This document shows, one piece after another, positions 1 through 9,740 of a stretch of 52,222 bases of DNA. Below the pieces are notes generated by a model. The model was not told where the DNA came from. It searched no databases and was given only the letters and a program-made list of their open reading frames with translations. Both the position numbers and the translations under genes were made by a program. Where the stretch lies: assembly GCA_028864975.1 (NCBI GenBank), contig JAGWLG010000025.1:1-52222 (forward strand), given 5' to 3'. Position 1 is the stretch's first letter; the number at the start of each line of letters is the position of its first letter. Origin of the DNA: Thermoplasmata archaeon. GTDB taxonomy: Archaea > Thermoplasmatota > Thermoplasmata > Lutacidiplasmatales > UBA184.

Positions 1-209
1 GCGGTAGCGAGCTCAGGCGGACCTCCGCGAGGCCCCGCGAGGGGGCCGTAGAATACTTGAGGTCAGGAGACTACCCAAACACGTTCCTGACAGGGGCGAC
101 ATCAACAGGTTTCGTCACACTACCCCACGCGGCCGAGGTTCGGACGAGATGTGCCCCCGTGCGGGCGCGCGCGCGCAAAGGGTTTAGACGACGGTCCTTG
201 GGCATCCCC

Positions 210-1613
210 GTGCGAAGGCCGAGGACCCTCGTTGTTGGGGGAGGCGGGCGTGAGCATGCCATTGGTGCCGCGCTCGTCCGAAGCGAGGCTCCGCTCCTCG
301 TCGCCGCCCCTCACGAGAACCCCGGGCTCCGTGCGCTCGCTCAGAGCTACCTCATCAGTGCCGTCGAGGACGGCGCGAAGATCGCACGGTGGGCCGTCGA
401 GCGGGGTGCGGAGCTCGCGGTCATCGGTCCCGAGGCGGCCATCGCCGCGGGAGTAGCCGACGAACTGCGCAGGGCGAAGGTCCCGACCGTCGGGCCCTCC
501 GCGGCGGCAGGGCGCATCGAGTCCTCGAAGGCGTTCGCCCGGGACCTAATGCAGCGGCGTGGGGTTCCGGGGCTGCCGACGTTCCGGACCGTCTCTTCGG
601 CCGCGGAGGTCGATACGGCCATAGGTGCCTTCCATGGGCCGTTCGTCGTGAAGGCGAGCGGACTTGCCGCGGGGAAGGGCGTATGGGTCCAAGGGGCCGA
701 CTTCCAGACCCCCGCGGAGGGTGGCGCCCTCACGAAGCGCCTTCTCCCGCCCGAGGGTCGGGAGAAGAAGGTAGTCCTTGAGGAGAAGCTCGAGGGAGAA
801 GAGTTCAGTCTGCTCGCCCTCGTGGACGGAACGTCGGTCTTCCCGATGCCCGTGGTCCAGGACTATAAGCGCGCGAAGGAGGGGAACCAAGGCCCGAACA
901 CCGGGGGCATGGGCTCCTACTCCGAACGGGACCATCTTCTGCCCTTCCTCCCGCGGAAGGACCGGGACGCGGCCGTCGGGATCCTTCGCTCGGTCGTCGG
1001 GGCTCTGCGTGAGGAGGGCATCGAGTATCGTGGGGTCCTCTACGGAGGGTTCATGCTGACCGCCAAAGGGCCCCAAGTGGTCGAGTTCAATGCCCGCTTC
1101 GGCGACCCCGAAGGCATGAACCTGCTCACCCTCTTCGACGGGACGGATTTCGCGGACCTGATGTTCCAGGTGGCCACTTCTCGGATCGACCCCGCCCACG
1201 TCAGCTTCCGTCTTCGGGCGACGGTCTGCAAGTACGTGGTGCCCATCGGTTACCCCGAGAACCCCAGGAAAGGGGTGCCCTTGCAGCTCGACACCCAGGC
1301 GATCCAGGACCTCGGCGTCACGGTCTACTATGGTTCGGTGACCCCAGGGCCGCATCCTGGCGAGGTCCTGACCGGGAGCTCCCGCGCCATCGCTCTCGTG
1401 GGGGAGAGCAGCGCCCGCAAGGACGCGGAGGCCAGGGTCGAGCTCGCGCTCAAGCACGTGCACGGAGACTTTTACGTTCGACACGACATCGGCACCGTTC
1501 CCGACGTCAAGTCCCGAGTGGACCACATGTCGGCCCTGGTCGGAGCGGCAGCCTTCGACCCCACCCGGAATCCCACGCGGAGCGGGCCTTCGCCCCCTCC
1601 CGTCTTCCTCTGA
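210..1613 (+). CDS. purD: Phosphoribosylamine--glycine ligase (GAR synthetase)
   Basis: N-terminal LVVGGGGREHAI, VVKASGLAAGKGV, QDYKRAKEGNQGPNTGGMGSY and EFNARFGDPE motifs. The frame is open from the window start; GTG at 210 chosen because it is just before the conserved N-terminus. Confidence 0.95.
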   Translation: MRRPRTLVVGGGGREHAIGAALVRSEAPLLVAAPHENPGLRALAQSYLISAVEDGAKIARWAVERGAELAVIGPEAAIAAGVADELRRAKVPTVGPSAAAGRIESSKAFARDLMQRRGVPGLPTFRTVSSAAEVDTAIGAFHGPFVVKASGLAAGKGVWVQGADFQTPAEGGALTKRLLPPEGREKKVVLEEKLEGEEFSLLALVDGTSVFPMPVVQDYKRAKEGNQGPNTGGMGSYSERDHLLPFLPRKDRDAAVGILRSVVGALREEGIEYRGVLYGGFMLTAKGPQVVEFNARFGDPEGMNLLTLFDGTDFADLMFQVATSRIDPAHVSFRLRATVCKYVVPIGYPENPRKGVPLQLDTQAIQDLGVTVYYGSVTPGPHPGEVLTGSSRAIALVGESSARKDAEARVELALKHVHGDFYVRHDIGTVPDVKSRVDHMSALVGAAAFDPTRNPTRSGPSPPPVFL

Positions 1614-1653
1614 GGGAGACCCGCCGAGAGCGGGCCCCATCAGGAGATGAGCC

Positions 1654-2553
1654 GTGCGCCGCTACGTCGAACAGCTCTCCCGCGCCGACTCCTTGCTCGC
1701 CCAGACCCTGGAACGGGTCCCGCTCCTGCCCAGGCCGCCGCTCGCCGCTGAGTGGCTTCGCTGCGAGATGCTCGAGCGCCACCAGGTGCTCCGTCATGCG
1801 GGTCTCTCGCGAGGGCTCCGCGTTCTCGAGGTAGGGTCGGGAGGTCACGCCATCACGACGGTTCCCTTGGCCCTGGAAGTGGGCTCCGAGGGCAAGGTCG
1901 TGGCGGTCGAGCGTTCCCGGTGGGGGATCTTCCAAGACGTTGTCGACGCAAGCGGGTTGGCGGAGAGGGTTCGGCCGTTGAAGGCCGATGCGCTCGCCCT
2001 CCCCCTCCGACACGATTCGCACGATCTCGCGGTGTGCGCCCACGGCATCAGATCGCTGGAGAGCCTCGAGAACATGGTGGCCGTCTTCCGGGAGATGCTT
2101 CGGGTCGCGCCGCGGGTGCTCGTCGCGGAGTCCCTTCCCCTCGCACAGAACGACGCCCAGCGCGCCCATCTGGAAACGTACAACCTTCGGGAGGAGATCT
2201 TCGAGGCGGCGACCGGGCGCAAGGACGACCTCCACTACCTGCCTCTCGAGACCCTGGAGGGGCTGGTTCGGAAGGCGGGCGGGGAGGTCGAACGGGCCGA
2301 AACGCTCGAGGTGGACCTTCCCCATGCCCTCGCCTACCTTCCTCGAGATGCGCTCTCTTCCATCTCCGACCGTCCTAAGCGCGAGCGCTTGCTCGTGCGG
2401 TGGGAGAAGGCGCGGGAGATGGGCGAGCGGTTCGGGACCGACCACCCGCCAGTTGGGCTTGTCCTCGCTCGGCGCAAGGCGGCCGAGAGGGGCGCCGCCA
2501 GCGGACGCCCCGGGCGCCACGCCGCGGGGACCGAACGTCCCCATCACCGTTAG
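1654..2553 (+). CDS. Class I SAM-dependent methyltransferase
   Basis: VLEVGSGG motif I, VVAVE, LKADALALPL motifs. AGGAG Shine-Dalgarno at 1642-1646 upstream of GTG. Confidence 0.8.
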   Translation: MRRYVEQLSRADSLLAQTLERVPLLPRPPLAAEWLRCEMLERHQVLRHAGLSRGLRVLEVGSGGHAITTVPLALEVGSEGKVVAVERSRWGIFQDVVDASGLAERVRPLKADALALPLRHDSHDLAVCAHGIRSLESLENMVAVFREMLRVAPRVLVAESLPLAQNDAQRAHLETYNLREEIFEAATGRKDDLHYLPLETLEGLVRKAGGEVERAETLEVDLPHALAYLPRDALSSISDRPKRERLLVRWEKAREMGERFGTDHPPVGLVLARRKAAERGAASGRPGRHAAGTERPHHR

Positions 2554-2588
2554 GATTGGTCAAATAGGTCTGACCTGTCGCGAGAGCG

Positions 2589-2900
2589 ATGTTCTGCCCG
2601 AAATGCAAGAAGCTCATGCTCCCGGACAAAGGGAGCAAGCAGTGGGTCTGCCGGGCCTGCGGGGCCAAAGTGAAGATGAGCGGCGGTGGCGATATGGTCC
2701 CTCACAGCGAGCCTAAGCACCGGGAGATCACCGTGATCTCGGAGAAGCCCGCGACCAATCCGACGGCGAAGGAGGAATGCCCCAAATGCGGGAACGACAC
2801 CGCCTACTGGGTCCTGCGCCAAACCCGTGGCGCGGACGAGCCGGAGACCAGGATCTTCGAGTGCACCAAGTGCGGGAACAAGTGGAGGGAGTACCAGTAG
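2589..2900 (+). CDS. tfs: Transcription factor S (TFIIS/RpoM-like)
   Basis: Two Zn ribbons (CPKC..CRAC; CPKC..CTKC) and QTRGADEPETRIF carrying the catalytic DE pair. Confidence 0.95.
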   Translation: MFCPKCKKLMLPDKGSKQWVCRACGAKVKMSGGGDMVPHSEPKHREITVISEKPATNPTAKEECPKCGNDTAYWVLRQTRGADEPETRIFECTKCGNKWREYQ

Positions 2901-2915
2901 CTCCCTACGGTAGGC

Positions 2916-4250
2916 ATGTCCGCCGTTCCTTCCCTGGCCACGCACGCCTCCTCCCCCCGGTGGGTGCCCATAGCCCAGGCGAACACCGATGTCGCGGTCG
3001 GTCAAAGGCTCCGGGTCCACGGGTGGGTCCATCGGACGCGAAGCTCGGGCGGGATCTGCTTCCTCGTGCTCCGCGACGCGACCGGACAGGTCCAGGTGAC
3101 CGCCAAGAAGGACGTGCTGGGGCCCGAGACCTTCTCCCGGGTGGAGAAGGCGCTCGTCGAAAGCGCGCTCATCGTGGAGGGCGCCGTCGCCTCGGACAAG
3201 CGCGCCCCCGGTGGCCACGAGCTACGGGCCGAGAAGGTCGAGGTCGTGCACGCGGCCGATAACTTCCCGATCTTCACCGGACAGACCGAGGACTTCCTCC
3301 TCGATCACCGCCATCTCGCGATCCGCACGCGGGAGATGGTCGCGACGATGAAGGTCAAGGCCGAGGCACTACGGGCAGCACGGGCCTTCCTGGACGGAGA
3401 GGGGTACTGGGAGGTCACTCCACCGATCCTCTCAGGGAATGCGGCGGAAGGCGGTGCCGAGGCCTTCGAGCTCGAGTACTTCGGAGAGAAGGCCTACCTG
3501 GCCCAGACCGCTCAGCTCTACCTCGAAGCGTTGATCTACCCGCTGGAGAAGGTCTACGCGGTCACGCCGTCCTTCCGTGCGGAGAAGAGCCGGACGCCCC
3601 GGCACCTGTGCGAGTACACCCATCTCGAAGCCGAGCTCGGCTGGGCCGGCATGGCCGAGAACTTGGAGGCCCAGGAGCGGCTCGTCGCCGCGATCCTCCA
3701 CCGCATCGCGGAGCGCCGCCCGGAGGAGCTCTCGCTCCTCGGCCGCGACCCGAAGGAGCTGAAGGCCATCGAGCCTCCGTTCGAGCGCATCCGGTACGCG
3801 AAGGCCCTGGAGCTGCTTCAGGGGAAGGGGTTCGACCTTCCATGGGGGAGCGACCTCGCGACCGCCGAGGAACGCGCGCTCACGCTGGAGCGGACCGCCC
3901 CCGTCTTCGTGACCCACTTCCCGAAGGAGCTCAAGGCGTTCTACATGCTCGAGGACCCGGAGGACCCTCGGACGGTCCAGGGCGCGGACCTGCTGGCCCC
4001 CGAGGGGTACGGGGAGATCATCGGCGGGTCCTGCCGTGAAACGGACATCACGAAGACCGTCGCCCGCCTCGAGGCCATGAACGTCCCCAGGGCGCCCTAC
4101 GAGTGGTACCTCGATCTTCGACGTTTCGGCAGCGTCCCTCACGCGGGGTTCGGGATGGGGATCGAACGCATCGTGCGGTGGGTCACTCGTCGTGAGCACA
4201 TCCGCGACACCACGCCGTTCCCCCGGACCCCCTCCCGACTGCTGCCGTAG
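2916..4250 (+). CDS. asnS: Asparagine--tRNA ligase
   Basis: OB-fold N-terminus (VHGWVHRTRSSGGICFLVLRD), class II motif 2 SFRAEKSRTPRHLCEY, motif 3 PHAGFGMGIER. Confidence 0.85.
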   Translation: MSAVPSLATHASSPRWVPIAQANTDVAVGQRLRVHGWVHRTRSSGGICFLVLRDATGQVQVTAKKDVLGPETFSRVEKALVESALIVEGAVASDKRAPGGHELRAEKVEVVHAADNFPIFTGQTEDFLLDHRHLAIRTREMVATMKVKAEALRAARAFLDGEGYWEVTPPILSGNAAEGGAEAFELEYFGEKAYLAQTAQLYLEALIYPLEKVYAVTPSFRAEKSRTPRHLCEYTHLEAELGWAGMAENLEAQERLVAAILHRIAERRPEELSLLGRDPKELKAIEPPFERIRYAKALELLQGKGFDLPWGSDLATAEERALTLERTAPVFVTHFPKELKAFYMLEDPEDPRTVQGADLLAPEGYGEIIGGSCRETDITKTVARLEAMNVPRAPYEWYLDLRRFGSVPHAGFGMGIERIVRWVTRREHIRDTTPFPRTPSRLLP

Positions 4251-4274
4251 GGCGTTGCCGGGAGCGGTAAGCCT

Positions 4275-6917
4275 TTGAGCCTGTGGCATCCTGCCCGACG
4301 AGGCTCAACGTTGAAGGCAAGGCAGAAGGGTCTCCCGCCCACCAGCGGCGGCTTCTCGCGGTGGCTGCCGCTCCTCTTCCTGTTGGTCGGCATGCTCCTT
4401 CTCCCCCCGGGTGGGCTCTCTCCCTCGCACAGCACCCTTGCTCAGCCGGTCTACCCGGGCGGGGTGGCCGCGTCGGGCTCGTCCCACGTCATCCGTCCCG
4501 TGTCGTCCCCAGAGCCGGTGATATCGCTGCCGAGCACCGCTCGGCCGACCATCCAGCCTCCGAGCGACGGGTGGCTGCTCTACCAGGGAGGCGGGCTTCG
4601 TGATGGGTGGAGCGCAGACTCGCCCCCTCAGACGACGCAGCTCGCATGGTCGGCGCACCTTCCGACGCCGCCCGCAGGGACCACGACCATCTCTGGGGGA
4701 ATCGTCACTTCAGGAGGGGTCGTCTACGTCCCGAGCTCGAGCCGCGCCGTCGTGGCGTTGAACGGCACCACCGGCGCGATCCTCTGGAGCTACGCGACCA
4801 ATGGATCCGTGGCTGCCGCCCCCGCGCTCGACCAAGGGATGCTGATCTTCGCCGACCAGGCGGGGAAGCTGTACGTGCTGAACTCCACGACGGGCGGCCA
4901 GATCGTCGTGATCCCCCTCGGGCTCCCCGACAACGGGGCGAGCCCACTCCCGGTCGGCTCGGCCGTCCTTGCTCCTTGCCTGGCCAACCGACACAACTCG
5001 CTCTGCAAGTTCTCCCTACCTTCAGGGACCGAGGTCTGGAACCAGAGCGTTGGCAGCTTCCTTTCCTCGCCCTCCATCGACCCGGTCCTGGACATGGTCT
5101 ACGTCTCGAACACCTCCGGTGGGGTTCTCGGCATGTCGTTCTCGACCGGCAAGGTGGCCTGGAACTATTCCTTCGGACCTACGCTGCCGATTACCTCGAG
5201 CCCGGTCATCTCGCCCTCCCGTGAGCTGGTCTATGCTTTTGCGAGCCAAGCCTCAACGTCCGGCGGCGACCTTGCGGCGTTCAACGAGACCCTCAATGGT
5301 TCCTTGTTCATGAAGCATCCCCGTTTCGAGGACTTCCTGGGCTTCGGGGTCTCCTCGGCGGCGCCCGTGCTCTCATCGAACGCGCTCTTGATGGCCACGG
5401 AGCTGGGGACAGTCTATGCCGTCAATCCCTCGAACGGATCGTATCTGTGGGAGGTCCATCCCTGGGCCGGGAACACGAACGAGATATGCGCGAGCCCGCT
5501 CGTTGCGAACAATGCGCTCCTGGTCGACATTCCTGGCTCTTCCTCCTGCGGGTCGGGGGGGAGCCAGCTCTTCGAGCTCTCGACGGTCGATGGGCACACG
5601 CTATCCCATATCAGCATCGTGAACGGGTCGGTCGATGCGGGTCTCGCCATCACGAACACGGCGGTCTACCTGGGAGCGAACGACGGGACCGTCCTCGCCG
5701 TGGGCATTGACCCACCCTCCGCGCCAAGGAACCTGGCGGTCACTCCGGCGAACACGAGCCTGGACCTCTCTTGGTCGCCACCGGCCTCCGATGGCGGGCA
5801 AGCCCTGAGCCAATACGCGATCTCCTGGGGCGTTTCCCCCTCCGGCCAGCTCTTGTCCACAACCGTTTCGAACACAACGCTCTCCCACCTGATCACGGGC
5901 TTGACCGATGGGCTGCCCTATGTCGTGATCGTCGAGGCCGTGAACGGCCAAGGACCTAGCACGGAAGCGAGCCTGGTGGCCACTCCGGGTTCTGTTCCGT
6001 GGCCCCCCCAGGGCGTCAAGGACGTGCTGGCCCAGGATTCCTTCAGCCTCCTCTGGAGCCCTCCAGCGGAGAACGGCGGCTTCGCCGTGACTAGTTACGT
6101 CGTCCACTGGTGGAACGCCTCGAAGTGGCAGCACCACAACACGACCCTCTCCGCCACCGCGACCTCTTGGACCCAGACGGGGATCCCCGACGGGGTCGAG
6201 GTGTTCGCCCAAGTGGCTGCGGTGAACTCCTGGAACCGGGGAAACTATTCGGGAGTGGTCGAGGGCGCTCCCTACCTCGCTCCAGGTGTGCTGACGCTCG
6301 TGGTGAACCCCGCGTCGGTGCGCCCGAACATCCACCTCACGGTCCAGGGGGTTGCGGTCACCGTCCCGGTGGGGAATGGCACCGCGAGCTCCCCGTACCT
6401 GCCGGGCACCTACTGGGTCAACGCGAGCGCGTCAGGCTACCAGATCTTCGACAAGGCCGTGACCGTTTCGAGCGCGAAGACGACCGTCGTCTACGTCAAC
6501 CTCACGGTCGCCCCCAGGAACCCGTTCTCGCTCTCGACGCTGCAGATCGCCGTCATCAGCGCCGTCGCGGTCGTCGCGATCATTCTCGGGCTGCTCGTGA
6601 TCGGGACCCGGTATCGACGGCTACGGGCGATCGCCGAGCCCGAGGAAGAGGAGGAGGGCGGCGGCGAGGGAGGGATCTCCGAGAGTCGAGCACGGGCGAT
6701 CCTGCAGCCCGCAACGCCCGCCGAGGGAGAGGAAGCGCCCGCCCTTCCAGAGCCCGGCTACGCCGAAGAGGCGCCCGCCGCTCCTCCAGAACCTCAGCCC
6801 GAGGCGCCCGAAGAGGAGCCGGAGGGCACCGGCGGGAGGCTCGGCGACTATTTCGCCCGACGCCGGGCGGAAAAGGAAACGCTCAAGAACTCCGAGAAGA
6901 ATACCCCGGAAGAGTAA
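4275..6917 (+). CDS. Membrane-anchored surface protein: PQQ/BamB-like beta-propeller + 2 fibronectin type III + PEGA-like domain + C-terminal TM and acidic tail
   Basis: Signal-like hydrophobic N-terminus (WLPLLFLLVGMLLL). Repeats of the VVALNGTTGAILWSY/VYAVNPSNGSYLWEV type. FN3 motifs PPSAPRNLAVTP..LSWSPPASDGG and LLWSPPAENGG. TM segment IAVISAVAVVAIILGLLVIG. Start uncertain (TTG 4275 or 4311). Confidence 0.8.
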   Translation: MSLWHPARRGSTLKARQKGLPPTSGGFSRWLPLLFLLVGMLLLPPGGLSPSHSTLAQPVYPGGVAASGSSHVIRPVSSPEPVISLPSTARPTIQPPSDGWLLYQGGGLRDGWSADSPPQTTQLAWSAHLPTPPAGTTTISGGIVTSGGVVYVPSSSRAVVALNGTTGAILWSYATNGSVAAAPALDQGMLIFADQAGKLYVLNSTTGGQIVVIPLGLPDNGASPLPVGSAVLAPCLANRHNSLCKFSLPSGTEVWNQSVGSFLSSPSIDPVLDMVYVSNTSGGVLGMSFSTGKVAWNYSFGPTLPITSSPVISPSRELVYAFASQASTSGGDLAAFNETLNGSLFMKHPRFEDFLGFGVSSAAPVLSSNALLMATELGTVYAVNPSNGSYLWEVHPWAGNTNEICASPLVANNALLVDIPGSSSCGSGGSQLFELSTVDGHTLSHISIVNGSVDAGLAITNTAVYLGANDGTVLAVGIDPPSAPRNLAVTPANTSLDLSWSPPASDGGQALSQYAISWGVSPSGQLLSTTVSNTTLSHLITGLTDGLPYVVIVEAVNGQGPSTEASLVATPGSVPWPPQGVKDVLAQDSFSLLWSPPAENGGFAVTSYVVHWWNASKWQHHNTTLSATATSWTQTGIPDGVEVFAQVAAVNSWNRGNYSGVVEGAPYLAPGVLTLVVNPASVRPNIHLTVQGVAVTVPVGNGTASSPYLPGTYWVNASASGYQIFDKAVTVSSAKTTVVYVNLTVAPRNPFSLSTLQIAVISAVAVVAIILGLLVIGTRYRRLRAIAEPEEEEEGGGEGGISESRARAILQPATPAEGEEAPALPEPGYAEEAPAAPPEPQPEAPEEEPEGTGGRLGDYFARRRAEKETLKNSEKNTPEE

Positions 6918-6976
6918 GACCGCCCGAGCACGACCAAGACGGTTCAACACGTCGGACAGATCCGAAATCGAGAGAA

Positions 6977-7567
6977 ATGGCCGGGATCAGCAGGACGGAC
7001 GCTCGGGGAACATCTTCCACGACCGGGAAAGAAACGAACTTGGCCGGGGACAAAGCGAGCGTCAAGGCGGCCGCCGCGCCTACTCCGACGGTGACTCCGT
7101 CGGTGGTGATGGTGACGCAGGCCACGCACAACGATATCTCGGACATCTGTGCGCTCTTCAAGCGCGTGTGGGACGAGTACAAGGGGAAGCTCCCGGAGGA
7201 GCTCCTCAAGACGTGGGAGCCCTCTCCTCTGGAGTTCACGAGCTGGATGGAGGGCGTGACCTACTTCGCGGCGCGCCGCGAGAAGAAGCTCGTCGGGATC
7301 GTCGCCTGCACGCCGAACGACGGCGCGGTCCAAATCGAGCACCTGGCCGTCGACCCGGAGAACCGCCGTCAGGACGTCGGCACCTCGCTCGTGAACGCCG
7401 CGATCGAGTGGTCGAGGCGCTCGAGCGCCAACTCTGTGTGGGTCGAGACGCTCGAGGTCTTCAGCGGCGCGATCCACCTTTTCCAGAAGCTCGGGTTCCA
7501 ACCCTGCGGGGAACTGCACCGGCACTTCTGGAAGCAGGACGTCCACATCTTCGAAAAGGTGATCTGA
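6977..7567 (+). CDS. GNAT family N-acetyltransferase
   Basis: IEHLAVDPENRRQDVGTSLV acetyl-CoA-binding motif and LFQKLGF. This is the 3' part of the 6110..7567 ORF; start is ATG 6977 or 7109. Confidence 0.8.
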   Translation: MAGISRTDARGTSSTTGKETNLAGDKASVKAAAAPTPTVTPSVVMVTQATHNDISDICALFKRVWDEYKGKLPEELLKTWEPSPLEFTSWMEGVTYFAARREKKLVGIVACTPNDGAVQIEHLAVDPENRRQDVGTSLVNAAIEWSRRSSANSVWVETLEVFSGAIHLFQKLGFQPCGELHRHFWKQDVHIFEKVI

Positions 7568-7612
7568 GCGCCCCCGGTCCTCGCGGACCGTGCGGGGGTG
7601 GCTTGGTCGAGC

Positions 7613-8095
7613 TCAACGTCGTGGTGCGGGTCTGAGGTCGCGTTCCAAGGCCGGCGCGAGCGTGTCCCTCCATAGCTGCGCGTCGGAGCGTTGCTCCTGT
7701 TCCGCGAGGCGGTCCACCTCCCGAGGGGAGAAGGTGCGCTCGTGATGGAGCAGTCGGAACCCTTCGAACTCCAGATGGGAACGACGCGGTCCGTCAGGGA
7801 CGATCCGGTACCAGTATTGAGAGTGGACGAACGGCCCGTTGAGGTGGGTGTTCGTCCACGACATCGACCCCGGGTCGATGCGGACGAGGCGGGAGATCCG
7901 TTGGCGCCGTCCGGCCACCGTGCGCTGGTCGGTCAGGATGAGCGCGTCCGAGGAGATCCGTCGGACGGACCGCCGCACATTTGGTCGGAGGAGCCTCCGG
8001 TCCTCCGGGACAAAATCGGTGCACCACGTGAAGGCATCCTTGGCGGGTACTCGGAAGGCCTGGCGGAACCGGTAGCGAAGGGAGGAGGTCGGCAT
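7613..8095 (-). CDS. Hypothetical protein, possibly SRPBCC/START-like fold
   Basis: Globular-looking composition (FRVPAKDAFTWCTDF...HSQYWYRIVPDGPRRSHLEFEG). The fold assignment is inference. Confidence 0.6.
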   Translation of the reverse strand: MPTSSLRYRFRQAFRVPAKDAFTWCTDFVPEDRRLLRPNVRRSVRRISSDALILTDQRTVAGRRQRISRLVRIDPGSMSWTNTHLNGPFVHSQYWYRIVPDGPRRSHLEFEGFRLLHHERTFSPREVDRLAEQEQRSDAQLWRDTLAPALERDLRPAPRR

Positions 8096-8633
8096 GGGGG
8101 CTCCGAGAGGAGAGGAGCGGCCCATCACGAATAGCTAGCGGAGCCGCCGTAGGAGCACACGGGGCATCCCGACGATAGAGCAGTTCCTCGATCTCGGCCT
8201 TTCGGCCGTTCGCGTAAGCCCGCTCGCGGCCGTACCGCACGAAGCCGCACTTCTCCAGCACGCGCTGGGAGGCGATGTTGTCGGCGGCGACCCGCGCGAA
8301 CAGCGGGCGCCGAGGGATCTCGAGGAGGAACCCCTGAAGGGCCCGGGTCGCGACCCCCTGACCCCAGGCCTCTCGCGCGATCCAGTAGGCGACCGCAGGG
8401 TCGCCGAACATCTCGAAGTGGACCACGTACCCGGACAGCTTGCCATCCACCTCGATGGCACGCGCCAAGACCTGGGGTCCGAGGAGCATCTTCGCCCACC
8501 TCGCGAGGAACTTGGCGCGGTCCTCGAAGCCCTCTGGGGTGAAGGCGGCCATCCGGATGGCCTCTGGGTCGCGTTGATGCTCGTAGAGGATCGGAAGGTC
8601 CGACTCGAGCAACGCTCGAAGTTGAACGTCCAT
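7794..8633 (-). CDS. RimJ/RimL-type GNAT acetyltransferase with an abnormally long C-terminal run-on
   Basis: MDVQLRALLESDLPILYEHQRDPEA, VAYWIAREAWGQGVAT and NIASQRVLEKCGF motifs. The domain ends near 8170 but the frame has no stop until 7794. Confidence 0.75.
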   Translation of the reverse strand: MDVQLRALLESDLPILYEHQRDPEAIRMAAFTPEGFEDRAKFLARWAKMLLGPQVLARAIEVDGKLSGYVVHFEMFGDPAVAYWIAREAWGQGVATRALQGFLLEIPRRPLFARVAADNIASQRVLEKCGFVRYGRERAYANGRKAEIEELLYRRDAPCAPTAAPLAIRDGPLLSSRSPHADLLPSLPVPPGLPSTRQGCLHVVHRFCPGGPEAPPTKCAAVRPTDLLGRAHPDRPAHGGRTAPTDLPPRPHRPGVDVVDEHPPQRAVRPLSILVPDRP

Positions 8634-8686
8634 GCGGAGCCCTCGAAGATTCGGACCCGCACCCGGTACCCGACGGTGGCTCGAGG

Positions 8687-9718
8687 TCAGCCACCGCCCC
8701 GAAGCGACTCCTCGACCATCGCGAACGGGTCGAGGGTCTTGCGGCTCTGGAACCGGACCATCTCGCGAAGCGCGTCCTCGGACCTTCCCTGTCGGAGCGC
8801 TCGGGCCGCCCTTGCCAGGAGGGCGGCTTCCGTGGCGACCTCCTGGCCCTTGCCCTTGTCCTGCGCCACCCGGTCCGCCGCTTCGTTCACCTTGGGCGGC
8901 AACACCTGAGAGAGGACCTCGCCCGCGCTCTTGCGCAGGTCGTTCGCCTCCTCGTGGGCCTCCGACACCTTCCCCGCGCGCAGCTCGCTCTCGAGGCGCG
9001 GGGCCGCGCCGAGGTCCTTCCACGGCGTGGGGATCCCCAACGCCTCCATGTCCGAGGCGAGGACCTTCACGGCCTCCACCGCGTCGATGGCATCGTCCAG
9101 GTTACGCTCCTTCATGATGACGACGTTGGCGACCTTCTGGTAGAGCTCCAGCGCCCGGTCGAGGTTCCCGCCCTTGAGCTCCCGTTGGATCTCCTCTAGG
9201 CTTCGCCGTTCGGTGGGACTGGGCAGGCCGTAGGCCTCCAGGCGGTTCAGCCGCCCCGTGCTCTCCCGCTGCCAGGCCTCGAGGGCCGCCGAGAGCTCCT
9301 TGTACGCCGCGCGCTCGAGCCCCCGTACCCCCTCTTCCCACCGCTCCTCTTCCGCCGCGGAGGATCCCATCCCTTCGACCCATCCGGGAAGGGTGGGGAC
9401 GACCACCCGCAGTCCCCTCGCCTTCTCCTGCCAGGACTGGAGCCGTTGCATCCGCTGCGTAAGGCTGGCCGAAGGACCCCGTGTCCTGCCCCGACCGCCG
9501 CCGCTGCGGGTCCGGGAAAGGTGCTCGTTCAGCAGCTGGTGGTCGTCGTCCGCTGTGGGGGCCGCCGAGGACCGTGGGACCGTGGGGGCCTCCGCCGGGT
9601 TGGGCGTTGAGGTGATCTTCCCCTCGGAGGTCAGGGGGGTGCTGCACATCGGGCAGGTGGTGACACCGGCCGCGACGTCCGCCCCGCAGATGGGGCACTT
9701 TCGGTGGGAGTCTGTCAC
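8687..9718 (-). CDS. Double zinc-ribbon N-terminal protein with helical/coiled-coil body
   Basis: CPICG..CPMCS at the N-terminus, low-complexity linker, then an E/K/R/L-rich helical region. Confidence 0.7.
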   Translation of the reverse strand: MTDSHRKCPICGADVAAGVTTCPMCSTPLTSEGKITSTPNPAEAPTVPRSSAAPTADDDHQLLNEHLSRTRSGGGRGRTRGPSASLTQRMQRLQSWQEKARGLRVVVPTLPGWVEGMGSSAAEEERWEEGVRGLERAAYKELSAALEAWQRESTGRLNRLEAYGLPSPTERRSLEEIQRELKGGNLDRALELYQKVANVVIMKERNLDDAIDAVEAVKVLASDMEALGIPTPWKDLGAAPRLESELRAGKVSEAHEEANDLRKSAGEVLSQVLPPKVNEAADRVAQDKGKGQEVATEAALLARAARALRQGRSEDALREMVRFQSRKTLDPFAMVEESLRGGG

Positions 9719-9740
9719 CGTGACCTGGAAGGGAGCTAGA

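Noticed and set aside
57-209. Long N-terminal extension of PurD
   Set aside because: The conserved PurD N-terminus begins at about 220 and a TATA-like element lies near 183-188. The open frame upstream is expected by chance at this GC content.
6110-6976. 485-aa ORF suggesting a large fusion to the GNAT domain
   Set aside because: The 5' part overlaps the FN3/TM region of the 880-aa gene in another frame and is Arg/Gly-rich shadow sequence.
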